Origin: Azolla caroliniana
Taxonomy: Eukaryota > Plantae > Polypodiophyta
Reading direction: 5' to 3'
DNA length: 64,000 bases
Assembly (NCBI GenBank): GCA_043228905.1
Contig: JBHGNT010000003.1
Coordinates: 13,516,001-13,580,000, forward strand
The notes below the pieces were generated by a model that did no database searches, had not been told where the DNA came from, and saw nothing but the letters and a program-made list of their open reading frames with translations. Positions within the stretch are counted from its first letter, which is position 1, and each line of letters begins with the position of its first letter. The position numbers and the translations under genes are program-made. Below are positions 24,841 to 37,593 of this stretch, piece after piece.

Positions 24841-25487
24841 GGGGAAACCCTAGCTTAGCACGACAGTGAAGAAAAATTGGCGGCGGCCATCAGGATGGGT
24901 CAGCGGCGGCGGCTGTGGCGTGGAGGCAGGAGCTGCAGAGAGAGGTTACAGAGGAGAGGAGAAGAGAGGTGAGGTGTGGTGGCCTGTGTGCCCCCATCTG
25001 CTCTGCACTGGGAGGTGGAAGCGGATCAGCCTTGCTCCTGCTCCCTTCGCTGCTCTGCTTCAGCTCCGGCTCCGCTACTCTCGCCTACGGTTGTTGACGT
25101 TTCCTGCACCCTCCGTTGCTCTCGTGCGTGGATCTATACATCTATATTGTTTTTCTAAACCCTAAAATACTTAGAATACGCATTCTAAAAATATAATTTG
25201 TAAGGCATCTAACTAACGATGGGCCAATGAACGAACGAGACTATATGCACTGCGACATTCCCCTTTCCCACACGGGAGCCTTTTCATCCCGATGAACAAA
25301 TTCGTCACTCAACAACGGGTGGTCAATTCATGAAAACTAGTTTTTATTTTGGATGGAAAGATCCATGTTCGTTTTGGGAAAAGATCCTTTATCTTGGAGA
25401 ATCGAAGGTATATGATCCACCTTCATTGATCAATCTATTGGAAAATCGTAGCAGACGCCCCATTGTTTGAGGTGTTGTTATGAATCT

Positions 25488-25926
25488 TGTTAACTCTTAG
25501 GGCCGGACAATGGCCTAACACAGGGTGTCTACGGAAGACACTTCACCAAAGGGGTGTTACGGCAATAGGATTAGACTCAACAATTAATCCGACTTAATTA
25601 GGCTACTTAACAAGATCGTCCTTAATAATCACACGCATAAGATATAACAATGAATGCAGAACGGCAATTAACACAGAGAGATAACAAACACTAAGCTTTA
25701 TTAATTAACCGTTGCTCATTACATTGTATCCGGGCCTTTAAATAGGTTTCCGGTCTGTAGTACAAAACGGTGCCATCCGCACCTATTCAGGATCGGTCCG
25801 GATCCGGAACGGCATACCGATTCCGGTCCGTCTGTCCACACTCATAACTTACTTACAACCATTCCTAATAATTAAATAACTCCCCGTTTCACACTCTGGA
25901 CTCCTTTGCCGGCCGGGCCGGTAACA
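25488..25926. mobile_element. Solo LTR (439 bp)
   Basis: TGTTA...TAACA termini flanked by a perfect 5-bp TSD AATCT (25483-25487 and 25927-25931). No PBS or PPT. Confidence 0.85.
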
Positions 25927-25954
25927 AATCTAGTTGATTATTCTTATAGAGGAG

Positions 25955-26036
25955 GCACTAGCGAATTGAAACATCTTAGAAGTCGAAGGAATGAAAAGAA
26001 AAAGTGATTCCCGTAGTAGCGGCGAGTGAAACGGGA
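25955..26036 (+). pseudogene. Diverged plastid-type 23S rRNA fragment (NUPT-like)
   Basis: GCGAATTGAAACATCTTAG...GATTCCCGTAGTAGCGGCGAGTGAAACGGGA matches the conserved domain-I region of bacterial/plastid 23S rRNA. Too short and diverged to be a gene. Confidence 0.75.
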
Positions 26037-26311
26037 ATCGTTCAGAGATTCAATTCTCCTCCCATTGGTTGGGAGCTCACAGTTTCATGCGTGTGGATGA
26101 TCCACCGGGTTCATTGCTGCACCTCGCACTGTAGGACATCAACCGAACCATTATTTCTTAGCCAATTTTAATGTAGTTAAATGTTTTTGGGGAGCATTCA
26201 ATACTTGTTAAATACATAGGATACATCAAACATCTTAAAATGGAAGTTCTAAAATGTAGTATGCATGTTGAATACTTTAGAGTATTCTAAAAATAAAAGG
26301 TGTGTTTTTCT

Positions 26312-29300
26312 TTTTTTTCCAAAAAAAATACTGCTTCGCATTAGTTAGCAAACAAAATTACATCATAGAACTCTCAAAATTCCTCTCAACAGCCCTCACT
26401 CTGGCCTTCCCACCAAAGTGGACATAGTCCCCACCTCATTTTCAACAAACGTATCCAAACAACTCCAATAACCTAGTTATTTGTACCATAACTATACAAA
26501 TTTACAACACCTAGACGTTGTTGGAAACTATTGGGGGAAACAGCCATCAGGGTGCTTGGTAGTGCCATTGAGGCCCTGATGATGATCTGCCGACCATAGG
26601 AGAATTACCCCATTTCAGCAAGAATTTTGATCAAGATCTTTCAGCTGCATCAGATTCCCCCTTAATCAAGTCGTATCGTCCCCGCAGCCAAGAGACCAAC
26701 TCAAACCAGATATTTATTAATACCTCACCACTAGGGATCTTTTGTTGTTGAAAAACAAACTTACAGCGGTTGGTCCAAATGTACCAGACCGATAAACAAG
26801 CCACCATCCTCCATATCTCTTCAAAAAGTTCTGAGTTAGTGCCAGGTCGAACTCCAGCCCGTTGAAACACCTTGCCACCTTGCACTATAAATCCATGTCC
26901 GTGAGGGTTTAACTGTTCAGCCCAACCTTCCTCTGTTAACTTCAGCCCCTGTACGGACCCCCATACAACTCTCCCATTCACGCCGCATGCTGCCACTATC
27001 CGGAGACTTCTACCCCAAATGTTAATAGCCTCGTTACAATTCCAAAAACAATGAGGAATTGATTCCAAAGGGTGACCACAAATTTTGCATCCAGCCTCAC
27101 CACCATGACACCTAAGCCACTCCCCCACTGGTACAGCTTTGTGACTAAGAAGCCACAACCAAAGCTTTATTTTTTCTGGCATATCGAACGCCCATAACCT
27201 CCTCCAAAACGACTTTAACCAGCCATCAGAAATGTCTTTATCCTTCCAGCTATTGCGAGTTAGGGCAACACCCATCGATTTAGATCCAATGATTTGCCTT
27301 CCTAGCTTGGTAGTGTACTCGAAAAACCGTTCAAGTTTGTCTGTTCCCAATTTCTGCCACCACACCTCTAGTGGATCCTAATCCAGATCACATGTGGGCT
27401 TGTTGTCAACTATCCAAAGCTTACAATCAGATTGCAGCTTCCCTGGGTCCGGGTTTACTTGCCACTTCTTACCTTCTAGCATTGCCACTCGTACTGCCAA
27501 CCACAGGCCATTGTCTGCCAAAGCACTTAGGTTGCCCCACCACCGATACTCATTAGATGGGCACCTGCCTCGGATAATTTGTGCATCGTCCTCACCCACA
27601 AACCACCCAAACCAGACCCCCTCTTCTTCATTTAGCCTAGCTAGACCATCAACAGCCTTATCTATCAAATGGGTAATCTTTTCCAGCCTGCTAGTAAATC
27701 TAGGGCTACCAACCAATCCCTCCCTTCTTCTCCTTTTGAACTCCTCCCAGTCTCTTACTGAACTAACATTGTACTCTACCATTTTTCCCCATGGCAAGTA
27801 TTTTTTCTGACCAAGCATCATACCGTCATCACTTCGAATCCTGGGGTTCCAAAATAGAGGTTGACGGAGTTGTTCCTCCATTGTTTTTGGCTGCATTAAG
27901 ACAAGACCCTCTCTTAAACTTGACCATGCCCTCATTATGGGGCGGGCCACCCTATCCTCCATGCTAGTAGGTTCTTTTAACGTTAGGCCTGGACTAAACA
28001 CCCACCACGTCTTTGCCGTCCAAGGGCCGCCATTCCTCGGACACCAGAGTTTAGCTCTGTCTCTAAGAAGCAATTTCCACAAATCTGGTCCAGGTTGGAG
28101 ACTTCGCACCAACAGCTTACCAAGTAAAGCCTTACTTTGGTGAACCGGATCCACCAACCCAAGTCCACCTTGACTTTTTTCCTTGATCAAACAATTCCAG
28201 GCCACTTTAGCTGACGCTGTCTCATGGTCTCTACCCGACCAAAGGAACCCTCTCACCATTGCCTTAATATTTTTGATGCAATCTTTATGTAACATCCAAC
28301 ATGCCAACAAGTACCACATGGTGGCCAACAAAATGTGGTTTACCACAACCACTCTACCTGCAAGGGAAAGCTTTACTGATGTCCATATCCGAAGCTTTTT
28401 TCTAATTTTGTCTTTCACTTGCTCAAGCTGATGATTTTTCTGAATCTCTACTCCCACCAAAAAGCCCAAATACTTAACAGCCCTTCCATTAGGAACCCAT
28501 TGAAAATCAGCATTAGGTTGCCAATGCGGCCTGGAGTTTGGACTTACCCAAAACCCTCTACTTTTGTTCCAAAACAACTCAATCCGTTTTTCAGCCTGCT
28601 GTAAATTAGCATCATTGCCTTGCAGATAGAGCATAGTGTCATCTGCATACATGGAGTCCAACAAGTCCTTGCAAGCATGTGGGACAACCAAACCCCGAAT
28701 TCCTGCATCCGGTCTATTTAGAAAGAAAGAGAATGCCTCTGAAATAAATAAATAAAGATAGGGGGCCAATGGGCACCCCTGCCGGACACACTTGCATAAT
28801 GGCATTGATGGGCCCCGTTGCCCTAATACCAACACCCTACTCAAGCTTCCTTTGTAAAGGGCCAACGCAGCTGCTCTCCATTTTGAGGGTAGTCCCAACC
28901 GCTCCATGACTTTGTCTAAAAAAGGCCACTATACTCTGTCATGTGCCTTCTCAAAGTCAAGCATGAGGCATGCAATATGTTGATTGGTTTTCTTCGCTAG
29001 GGCAATCGCTTCCCAAAAGGTCAACACATTATCAATTATATATCTATTTTCCATGAATCCTGTTTGTCCAACACTAATTAGCGCATGTAAGAGGGGTTTG
29101 ACCCTCTTGGCCAGCATATTAGCAAAAATCTTATAGATTGTGTTGAGCAGCGTAATCGGTCTCCATTGCCTCACATCCGTAATTATACCCTTTACCTTAG
29201 GAATTAGAAATATTAGTCCCTCTTTAAAATGTTCAGGGAGGTACCCATCATCCCATGCCTCATTTAGTCCAGCAATCAGGTCAACCTTAATTAGTTCCCA

Positions 29301-30030
29301 AAAATTTTCATAAAAATCTTTTGATAATCCGTCGTCGCCTGGACAAGATGTACTACATATACTTGCCAAAGCATATGACACCTCTTCTTCCAAGAGTGAC
29401 CCTGACAACTTAACTTGTGCAACCTCTGAAATTCTTGGTTGCATTCCCTCCAATACAAATTCTGCCAGCGAAGGCTAGGCTGGGAGACTATAACTATTTG
29501 ATAGTGCCCACTATAGTGAGATGTGACTGCCTCCATGATCTCCGATACATCTTCTGACAGTGAACCATCCTCCTTGATCAGTTTAGGATTGAAGTTACCA
29601 TTTGTGCTCGGTTTTTTAAACTTAAAAAATTGTTGGTTCACCTTGTCCCCATTCCTGCTCCACCAAGCTGCTGAACTCCTGAATACCATCTTATTTCTTG
29701 ACACAATCAGTCGTTGTAGTGTTTCTTTAGCAGCCTCCAGACCTAATCTCGACCAAAGACACTTGGGATTTTTCTGAAGCATTCTTTGGGCAGCCGCTAT
29801 CGATCTTCTTAGTCTCACCTCTCTTTCCTTGGACCTCTCAAATCTATTTTTAGTCTCTTCATGCAAATACTTTGAAGTTTCAATAATCTTTCCTCGAAGA
29901 TTATCCAAAGCACCGCAACCAACTAGATTATTTTCCCAGATACTCCTTATCTTACTTCTCACCTCCACATCCTCAAAAAGTTTACTACTAATCCTTAAGT
30001 TGCAGTCCCTTTATATAACCTACATAGGTC
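26312..30030 (-). mobile_element. 5'-truncated L1-clade LINE (RT + zf-RVT)
   Basis: WRPITLLN, LDFEKAHD, RQGCPLAP, YADD, KYLG and CKICGHPLESIPHCFWNC. A-tail at ~26312. 17-bp TSD AAAAGGTGTGTTTTTCT at 26295-26311 and 30031-30047. Confidence 0.93.
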
Positions 30031-32166
30031 AAAAGGTGTGTTTTTCTAATGATGGTGTCAAAAAAATATTGTGGGTTAGGAAATGGTTATTCCAAAATAA
30101 AACCCGCAAGTTTAAATTTTGACCTATGTAGGTTATATATGGCCTTCATCATTTTTCAATAATAAATTCCAAAGCTAATGGCATTGAGAGAGAAAAATAC
30201 ACCTATAATGGGGAATAAATAGTCTTAGTTCCAAGGAAATAGTAAAGCTCTCCAAAACTTTCATTTCATGTTCGCTATTGTGGCCTAATGATTCTTCTTA
30301 TCAAAGGAAAGTGTGCCCTTGGGGTCATTAAATCACGAAGTGAGTTGTTTGATTTGGACATATGGTGCTATTTTAGAGCATTATCCCCTTGGTGCATGTG
30401 TAAAGACCATACATTGGCTTCTTTGGTTAACATACCATAGAATTTTTATTTTGCCTTGAAATTTGAGGGGTTGGTGCAGGTATATACCCTAGTTTTGCTT
30501 GTAGAAAGGCGCTTTACATTTTTCAACGTATTTTGCTTCTCCTTGTTAGGTTTTCTATGACGATTATGTCAATATTGGTCTTCCCTTGGATCATCGCAAT
30601 TTGTTGCAAAAGAAAAAGAACTAAAGTTAAGAGCAAATTACTCAAACTCTAAAGCCATTATAATCCCACTAGAATAGATTTGCATATATGACTTCTCCGC
30701 AAACTCGGAGAAAACCATGGCAAGGATGGAAGTGGCGGTTGAGACATACGTGTGGAAAGAGAACGAGTAGCAAAAGACCAATGCTAGGACGGAGAGAACA
30801 AATGCGGCAACAGAAAGGGAGACGGGGATGATCAAGCTTGGTGGATGTGTGCCCAACACTTGAGAGCATGCGCCCAATTCCGTCTTTGTCAATAACATCC
30901 AAAAGCCACAATGCCTTTGACTCCTATGTAACCATGTTCTTAATCACTCTATCAAGATTGATATGATACAAATTTTCTATACAAATTTCATAGTAAGTTG
31001 TTCATCCCCTATTGTGAAATGAAACATTAGTGTGTTTACCTAAGCTAGGCTTTGCAAATATAATTGATCAACCAATTTTCAATTATGAATCCAGAATGTA
31101 CGTGCACCATTGTCACAATCTTCAATTAGAAAGCCACCTTTCTTAATGGTTCATATTTTCAAGATAAAATCCTGTTATTGTCTTCTCATAACACAATTTT
31201 AATTTTATTATAGGTCAATTTTTGCGTAAGTTCACATGCCAAATGTAGCAATAAATTCTTGACATTGGACATAATTCCAACAGTTACTGTTGAGATGCGA
31301 TAGGTTTCCATATCTTGAAAAAGAAGAAACAAATAACAACTTCATTATCTTTTCATTAAAATTGGCAATGTTATCTATGACCATTTCCTTCACATTTATC
31401 TGTCAGCAACACATCTTTATAATCATGATTCAGAAGATATACAAATTCCTTATCTTAGTTTTGGACACACCATTATGAAGCAGAAAAGCAGATGTGATGC
31501 TTTTGCAGAAAAATGAAGCATAATTGTATAATTAAGACGATCGACTACAAAAAAGCCCCCAAATTATATAGAATTTAGAAAATATCTACACTCATTTATT
31601 TAAAAAGTAAAACAGAATATTAAGTACAAATTTATTAGCAACCGTGCTAATTTGAAATATAATAAAGCTTAATTCCTACACTCAACATTAATTAGTTATT
31701 TACAATGCATACTAATTATTACATTAATCTCAATTTATTAAAGTTTAATGACCTATGTAACTAAACTTTAATAGTGGGTATGCTTACATGGCATGTAATC
31801 AAGTAGGTTATTATTTCCCTACAAAATACACAGCAATGAAGTTAATTTGATTGTGGAATCAAATCCTCTCTTTAATCATCAGGCAAAGTGAGGGGACTCC
31901 AGATGGATCACATCAAGCTAACAACATGGAGCTTCAAGGACTTCAAACACATAACGCTGTTTACCATTGCGATAGTACAAGCTATATACTGGAAACTTTG
32001 TTCGCAGGATCAAGTTATTGCACTATAACATGGAAAGGAACGAGTGGGTGAGTACAAAAAAGCTTGGGACTCTGGACTCGTTGAAAAACTAGATGGAAAT
32101 TGAATTAGATAATACAAAAACTTCAGTCTCACCATCAAATGCTGAAGAAGTTTGAGCTCCCAAAAT

Positions 32167-32609
32167 CTAAATTTCTCGACTGACAACATAAATGATTTGG
32201 CCATCTTCGCTTTCTTGCTGTACATCCAGCTTCAATTGAATAGCTGCCTCTTTCACAGCTAGCCTTTCCATTTCAGTCAGCCAAGGAGACAGTCTCAGAA
32301 GAGCTTTCTTTTGCTCTCCTTCTAGAGCGCACTTCAGCGATACATCACCTTTCAGGGTCATGTCCTCTGTGAAATATTTAAGCCCAACTACCTTGTCTGA
32401 ATTTATTTCAAATGTGTCATTAGCAAAATGTTGTAGGAGACCCTTGAGAGAATCTATCCACACTGGCTCAGAGACTTCCAGGAATTCATGTATAGTGAGC
32501 AAAGGGAGAAAAACTTTCCCAAGTTTGACTTCGTCAGGGTCTCCTCTGCCATGGAAATCAGATCCCCCAAGTTTTAAGAGGTTGTAGGATGCAGCCAAGT
32601 CTCCAAATC
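32167..32609 (-). CDS. PHP gene exon 5
   Basis: FGDLAASYNLLKLGGSDFHGRG through to the TAG stop at 32167. Confidence 0.9.
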
Positions 32610-35600
32610 CTACTAAGACCCAATAATATAATAACAATAACAATAACAATAACACAAAAGAAACGAAGGAATTGCAGAAAGAGATCTACAAACATACCAC
32701 TTGCTTTTCCATTGCCTCTGTACACTTCAATAGCATGAAGTCCTGCACTCTTCAGTCGTTTCACCACTGAAAGAGGATCCCTGAGGGACCAAGGATGGGC
32801 AAGTGATGAAATACCTCCCGTGTCCCGTATGAGACGAACAGCATCATCTGCTGCCATTTCATATCCCCTATACAAAATTAAAAACTCATAGTCAACCACG
32901 TTTGAATGCTTCTACTAATCTAATGTTCAATGTTGGAGCTGATATGGTACGCTACTAATGACTTACGGCGCATAAGCGGGGCCTCCATCATAAAGGTACT
33001 TGTTGAATGCTTCTCTCAGATTATAAACATGCCCTGCCTCCACAAGTGCCCGTGCTATATGCACTCTCCCAGGGGCAACTCCAGCCCCTGCAATTGCTAT
33101 AACCCGTGCCCATTCCACAGGTTTCTTCAATGACATCAATTTACTAACAATAGTTTTTGCTCGATGATACCGTCCTTCACGTATGCGTGCCAGCGCTCTT
33201 TCTAGCTCTTGACATCGCATAGGACCACAGCTACTATAATAACCTAATATGTGAACTGGATCTTGAGACTCACTCTTCATGCTGTCACAGGGAAAAAGGT
33301 TAGAAAGGAAGAAACCAGTCTGGGCCACTTCGTTTGAATAATTTAGGACTATCTTTGCTCCTATAAGAGGAAGAAGAGACACCATGGGGATTACCTAGAT
33401 GGTACTTGTGCACTTATTTCAACCCCAGGGATTAGCCGAATTTTATGTTTATTTGCTTCCTGTACTGCTTCAGGTATTCCAGACATTGTATCATGATCTG
33501 TCAATGCAAGTACCTGTACCTGTTCGATACCATTTCTACTTCAATGGCCGTATAAATTCAAAGAAACCTTTAATAGAATGAAAGTAAGGCACTTGTATTG
33601 ACGTCAATAATATTATGTACACCATACTTCCTCTGCTAGCAATAGTTGGAATGCAATAAACAGAACCTGGAGTATGTGTGCCACAAAGCAATCTCCTTCC
33701 GAAAGTTGAAGCAAGAAATACAACACAACCTGGAGTATGTATCACAAAGTAATTTCCTTTCTGACGTTGATGCAAGCGTCACTCAATAAAGGTGTTTTGG
33801 TATGGCTATCTCTGCCAGGCATGCTTCTCAACCACCAAATTTCTCTATGCAATGAGATACCTCATCTAGGTAAAGATCGAGAAGAATGAGGACTAGTAAG
33901 ATCCTTGTCCAGCATGCTCCTTAACTAACAAATATCTCTATGCAATGAGATATCTCATCCATATAAATACCAGAGAGAGTAGTTAACTGTAGGCATCCAG
34001 ATTTCATTGAAAAAATGCTACCTACTCCCTCTGACCCATCCAAAAACATAGATTCCTCATTGAATATCTATTGGGACACAAGGGATGTCTGATCTCTGCA
34101 TGAACCTGCGTGTTGCAATGTCAAAGACCTTTCAGAAATCCACAAAGCAACCATAGCTTCTCTTTTTATGGGCTTTTCCTACAACATGCAGTCCCAAAAG
34201 AAGCTTTTCTCTCTCCCAAAAACCGAATTTCGAATTCGACGGGAGGCATGTCTTTCTCATGATGTGAAATTAAGGGTCCTCAAAAATCTATTTTAGTCCT
34301 CTCACTTAGTGACTTTATGTAAGGCCTAACTTAAAGTGACAATATTAGGCACACCTTTCAAGAGTTCCAGGGAACAAGTAAAAATAAAATTATCACTCGG
34401 CATCCAAGATGCTTCCTCACTCCGGAGACATCTCTTTTTGGACCAGCTCATGTTAAAGATCTTTCAAATACAAATGCTTGTCCATTGAAGCTCACAATGT
34501 TACAGGTTTAGCTAATGGAATATCTTCGTGGATATCCTTAGCAGAATTATTGATGAATAACCATTGCATATAAGAAAGCTTTACCATATTTATTCATATT
34601 TATATTTTTACTTATTATTGGTGGCTGCTCTTCCAGAGGAGCCAACAATTTCACATGTTTGGTCTCAAAGTTCATTTTGATTTTTAAGGGACATTACTAT
34701 CACTTCTTTCTTTTTTCTTGTTTATCATAAACAAGATATTAGCAAATGAGGGGCTATGCCGAATGGTACACCAGGTTTCAGTAACGTGTACATCCAGGGT
34801 CAAATCTTCCAGACCTCAATCATTTATAAGATGACCTTGCGAAATGTAGGGGTTAAAAGCATGACTGCTCTTCATTGACCAACCTCACCAACTGAACTAC
34901 ACCCATTTGGTCCTCTATTGCTTCTTTTCCTACTAGTAAGCCATATTTTTATAACTCTGTGCATCACGGTCAAAATCTCACTACTTGAACCAATTTACTG
35001 AATGACAACGGAATGTAGAGTGAAGACATGATCTTCTGTTCTCTGTTGGACAAACTGACCAAATGAATTGCAACAGTCTATGCACACATAGTTATCAATT
35101 TGCTTGACCTTGCACAATGCAGGGATTTAAAGTCTGACTGATCTTCACAAGCAACCTTACCAACTGAGCTATATCTTTCACTTCTTTTCCTAATACTAGG
35201 CCATAATTATATAGCCCTAATCTCAGGGTCTAAATCTCACTAGGTGAACTAATTTACCAAATGAAACTATAAAACGTAGAGTGAAAACATGACCTTCTGT
35301 TCTCTGTTAGAGGAACTTACCAAATGAATTGCAACAATCTATGACCAGGGCTATACATTGTGGTTTGGAACTGCAATGGATCGCTTTGGATATATTGAAG
35401 AAAAATGGAAGAGGTCATGGTCAGCTGAGACATCCTACACATTACAGAGTTACACCAAAACCCACAGAAAGGAGTTACCTGAAGTGAGGGCTTTCAATGC
35501 AAGCCTGCATACAAGCAACTCACCAGACAATGTGCATCAAGAAGATCACAAAACCGTCACACTTCCTTCTAATGAGACATCCATCCACTCATACAAGTAG

Positions 35601-37549
35601 TGGCACGATATGTAGATTCAAATTGAGCTCCCATATACACAAGCCTTATTGATTAAATTACGTTTCTTTCACCAAAGGGATCCCGCTACACAGAAGCAAA
35701 AAAGCACTCAAGGAAATAAGAGTGGTGGAGAAACTGAGGCAATCTACACTGATATTTAAATGGCATTAGGTATTATCACACAGGAGATTTCAACGCCAAG
35801 ATACAAAATAGACAACGTATCTTGACAGACCCAAAAATAGTTCACTTGCTATCATTAAAGGATTCTGGAACGAGCAAGAGTTCAACCGACTGGGGATCAG
35901 ACAAAACAAAGTATTGCAAACATCTATTTTAGAACAAGGGTGGTTCACTGACACTTAGAACCTACAACAGGATGACGAAGTGACTAGATTCTAGCACCCT
36001 TAAATGTTAACACTTAACTTTGACAGGAGGATACAACGGTAACCATCAAAACCTTCACCACCCCACCCCACCCCACTGAATCAACGAAAACCCACTTAAT
36101 TTTCCATAATCCTGGCTACCAATACAACCAATAAACTGACTTCACCCTTACCATTAAACTCACAGGAGGCCAGGCTAGAGTAGAAGTTTCCTATATCTAT
36201 CTAGGAGTCAACTTTAGAAGCACCATTGGACACTTCAATATGACCCAGACCGCCAGAGATTGACTAACTTGAGAATATGCAGCATTAAAGATGCTCCTAA
36301 AACAATACCAACAAGCACAGTTCCAAGAACCTTGTATCAAAGTATGACCATTCCACACTATGGTCACCCCAGCCTCACATTGGGTTCAAAGTCTCCCCAT
36401 TCACTCTGGTCACAAACAGAGTGTCTACTAGCAATAACAATAAGTCATCCTCGATCCTGTACGAGATCATTCAAGCTGAATTCTTCATGTCCACACAGCG
36501 GTTAGAAGCAGTCCAGTAAAAAAAATCCTTGTCATCGGGGACTTGCACCCTATCATTATGCCAAACCCCTCAATGATGAAAGCAACAATGTATTTCATTT
36601 GACGTGCTTCTCAAATGATAGATTCATAAAGAGACTAAGGTATATGGATTTTTGAATGCCCTTCGGATCCAAAATGGAACAGGCCAAATCAGAACAGGCG
36701 TCCGCATGCCTGCCTAGAGACAACAGGCGTTATGAGTTGCATAAGGATAGGTTGACGGTGAGAACTATTTGGTGTGGAGATGCTCGCCCAGTCATCAAGA
36801 ATGTCAGAGAGAAAGTATGCCACACTCTTCATTGGGTAGTTTGGCCAACACTTACATGAGCTTCATAATGTGTACAAAATTGTCCTGTATGTATATCAGC
36901 GCATGCTACGAAGAGGCTGTCATACATCACTCACTACTTCTTCCATAGGTTTGTTTGCACGTTCCGAGGAGTCACCATTGGTCAAGTGGAGGAGGATTAG
37001 CAGCAAAACTGCAAGTACCACCCAATTACAATGAACGTGGGCCATATAACCCACCTGATCAATCAATAGGCCAATTTCAGCCTCCACTTGAGCTTACACT
37101 TATACTCTTAACTCTGCTTACCCCCAACCAATAGAACATGCATCGGCAGTAGATGGACCACCTGAAAGTCCTTACAGGAGACAAAGAAAGAGAGAGAGAG
37201 AGAGAGGGGGGGGGCGGAAATTTACCCCACTTGAGACAGCCCTTTGAACAAGCTGTTGTGGAGTCAGCATTCCATCGCTACAAGCAGAGTGGGTATGGAG
37301 ATCAATAATGAGAGGCTTGATATTTTTGAAGGAAGACGCTGGAAGCCAGTCGTCGTGGTCGGCAAGAGGAGGAGGAGGAGGAGGAGGTGCATCCATGATG
37401 AGCAATGACGATGCCCAGCGAGCAACGACGATGTGAGGGGCAGAAGAAGAAGAAGGATCGATGCTCTGCTTCTTCTTCTTCTCCTTCTTCTTCTTCTTCT
37501 TCTTCTTCTGCTGCTGCTGCTGCTCACTGCGTCGCTTAACTACTACTAC

Positions 37550-37593
<44 letters not shown>

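Noticed and set aside
30012-30139. Stowaway-like MITE with 23-bp TIRs
   Set aside because: The left arm overlaps the LINE's 17-bp TSD, so templated junction filler explains it better.
30638-30911. Short hydrophobic ORFs downstream of the PHP gene
   Set aside because: No recognisable homology or splice support.
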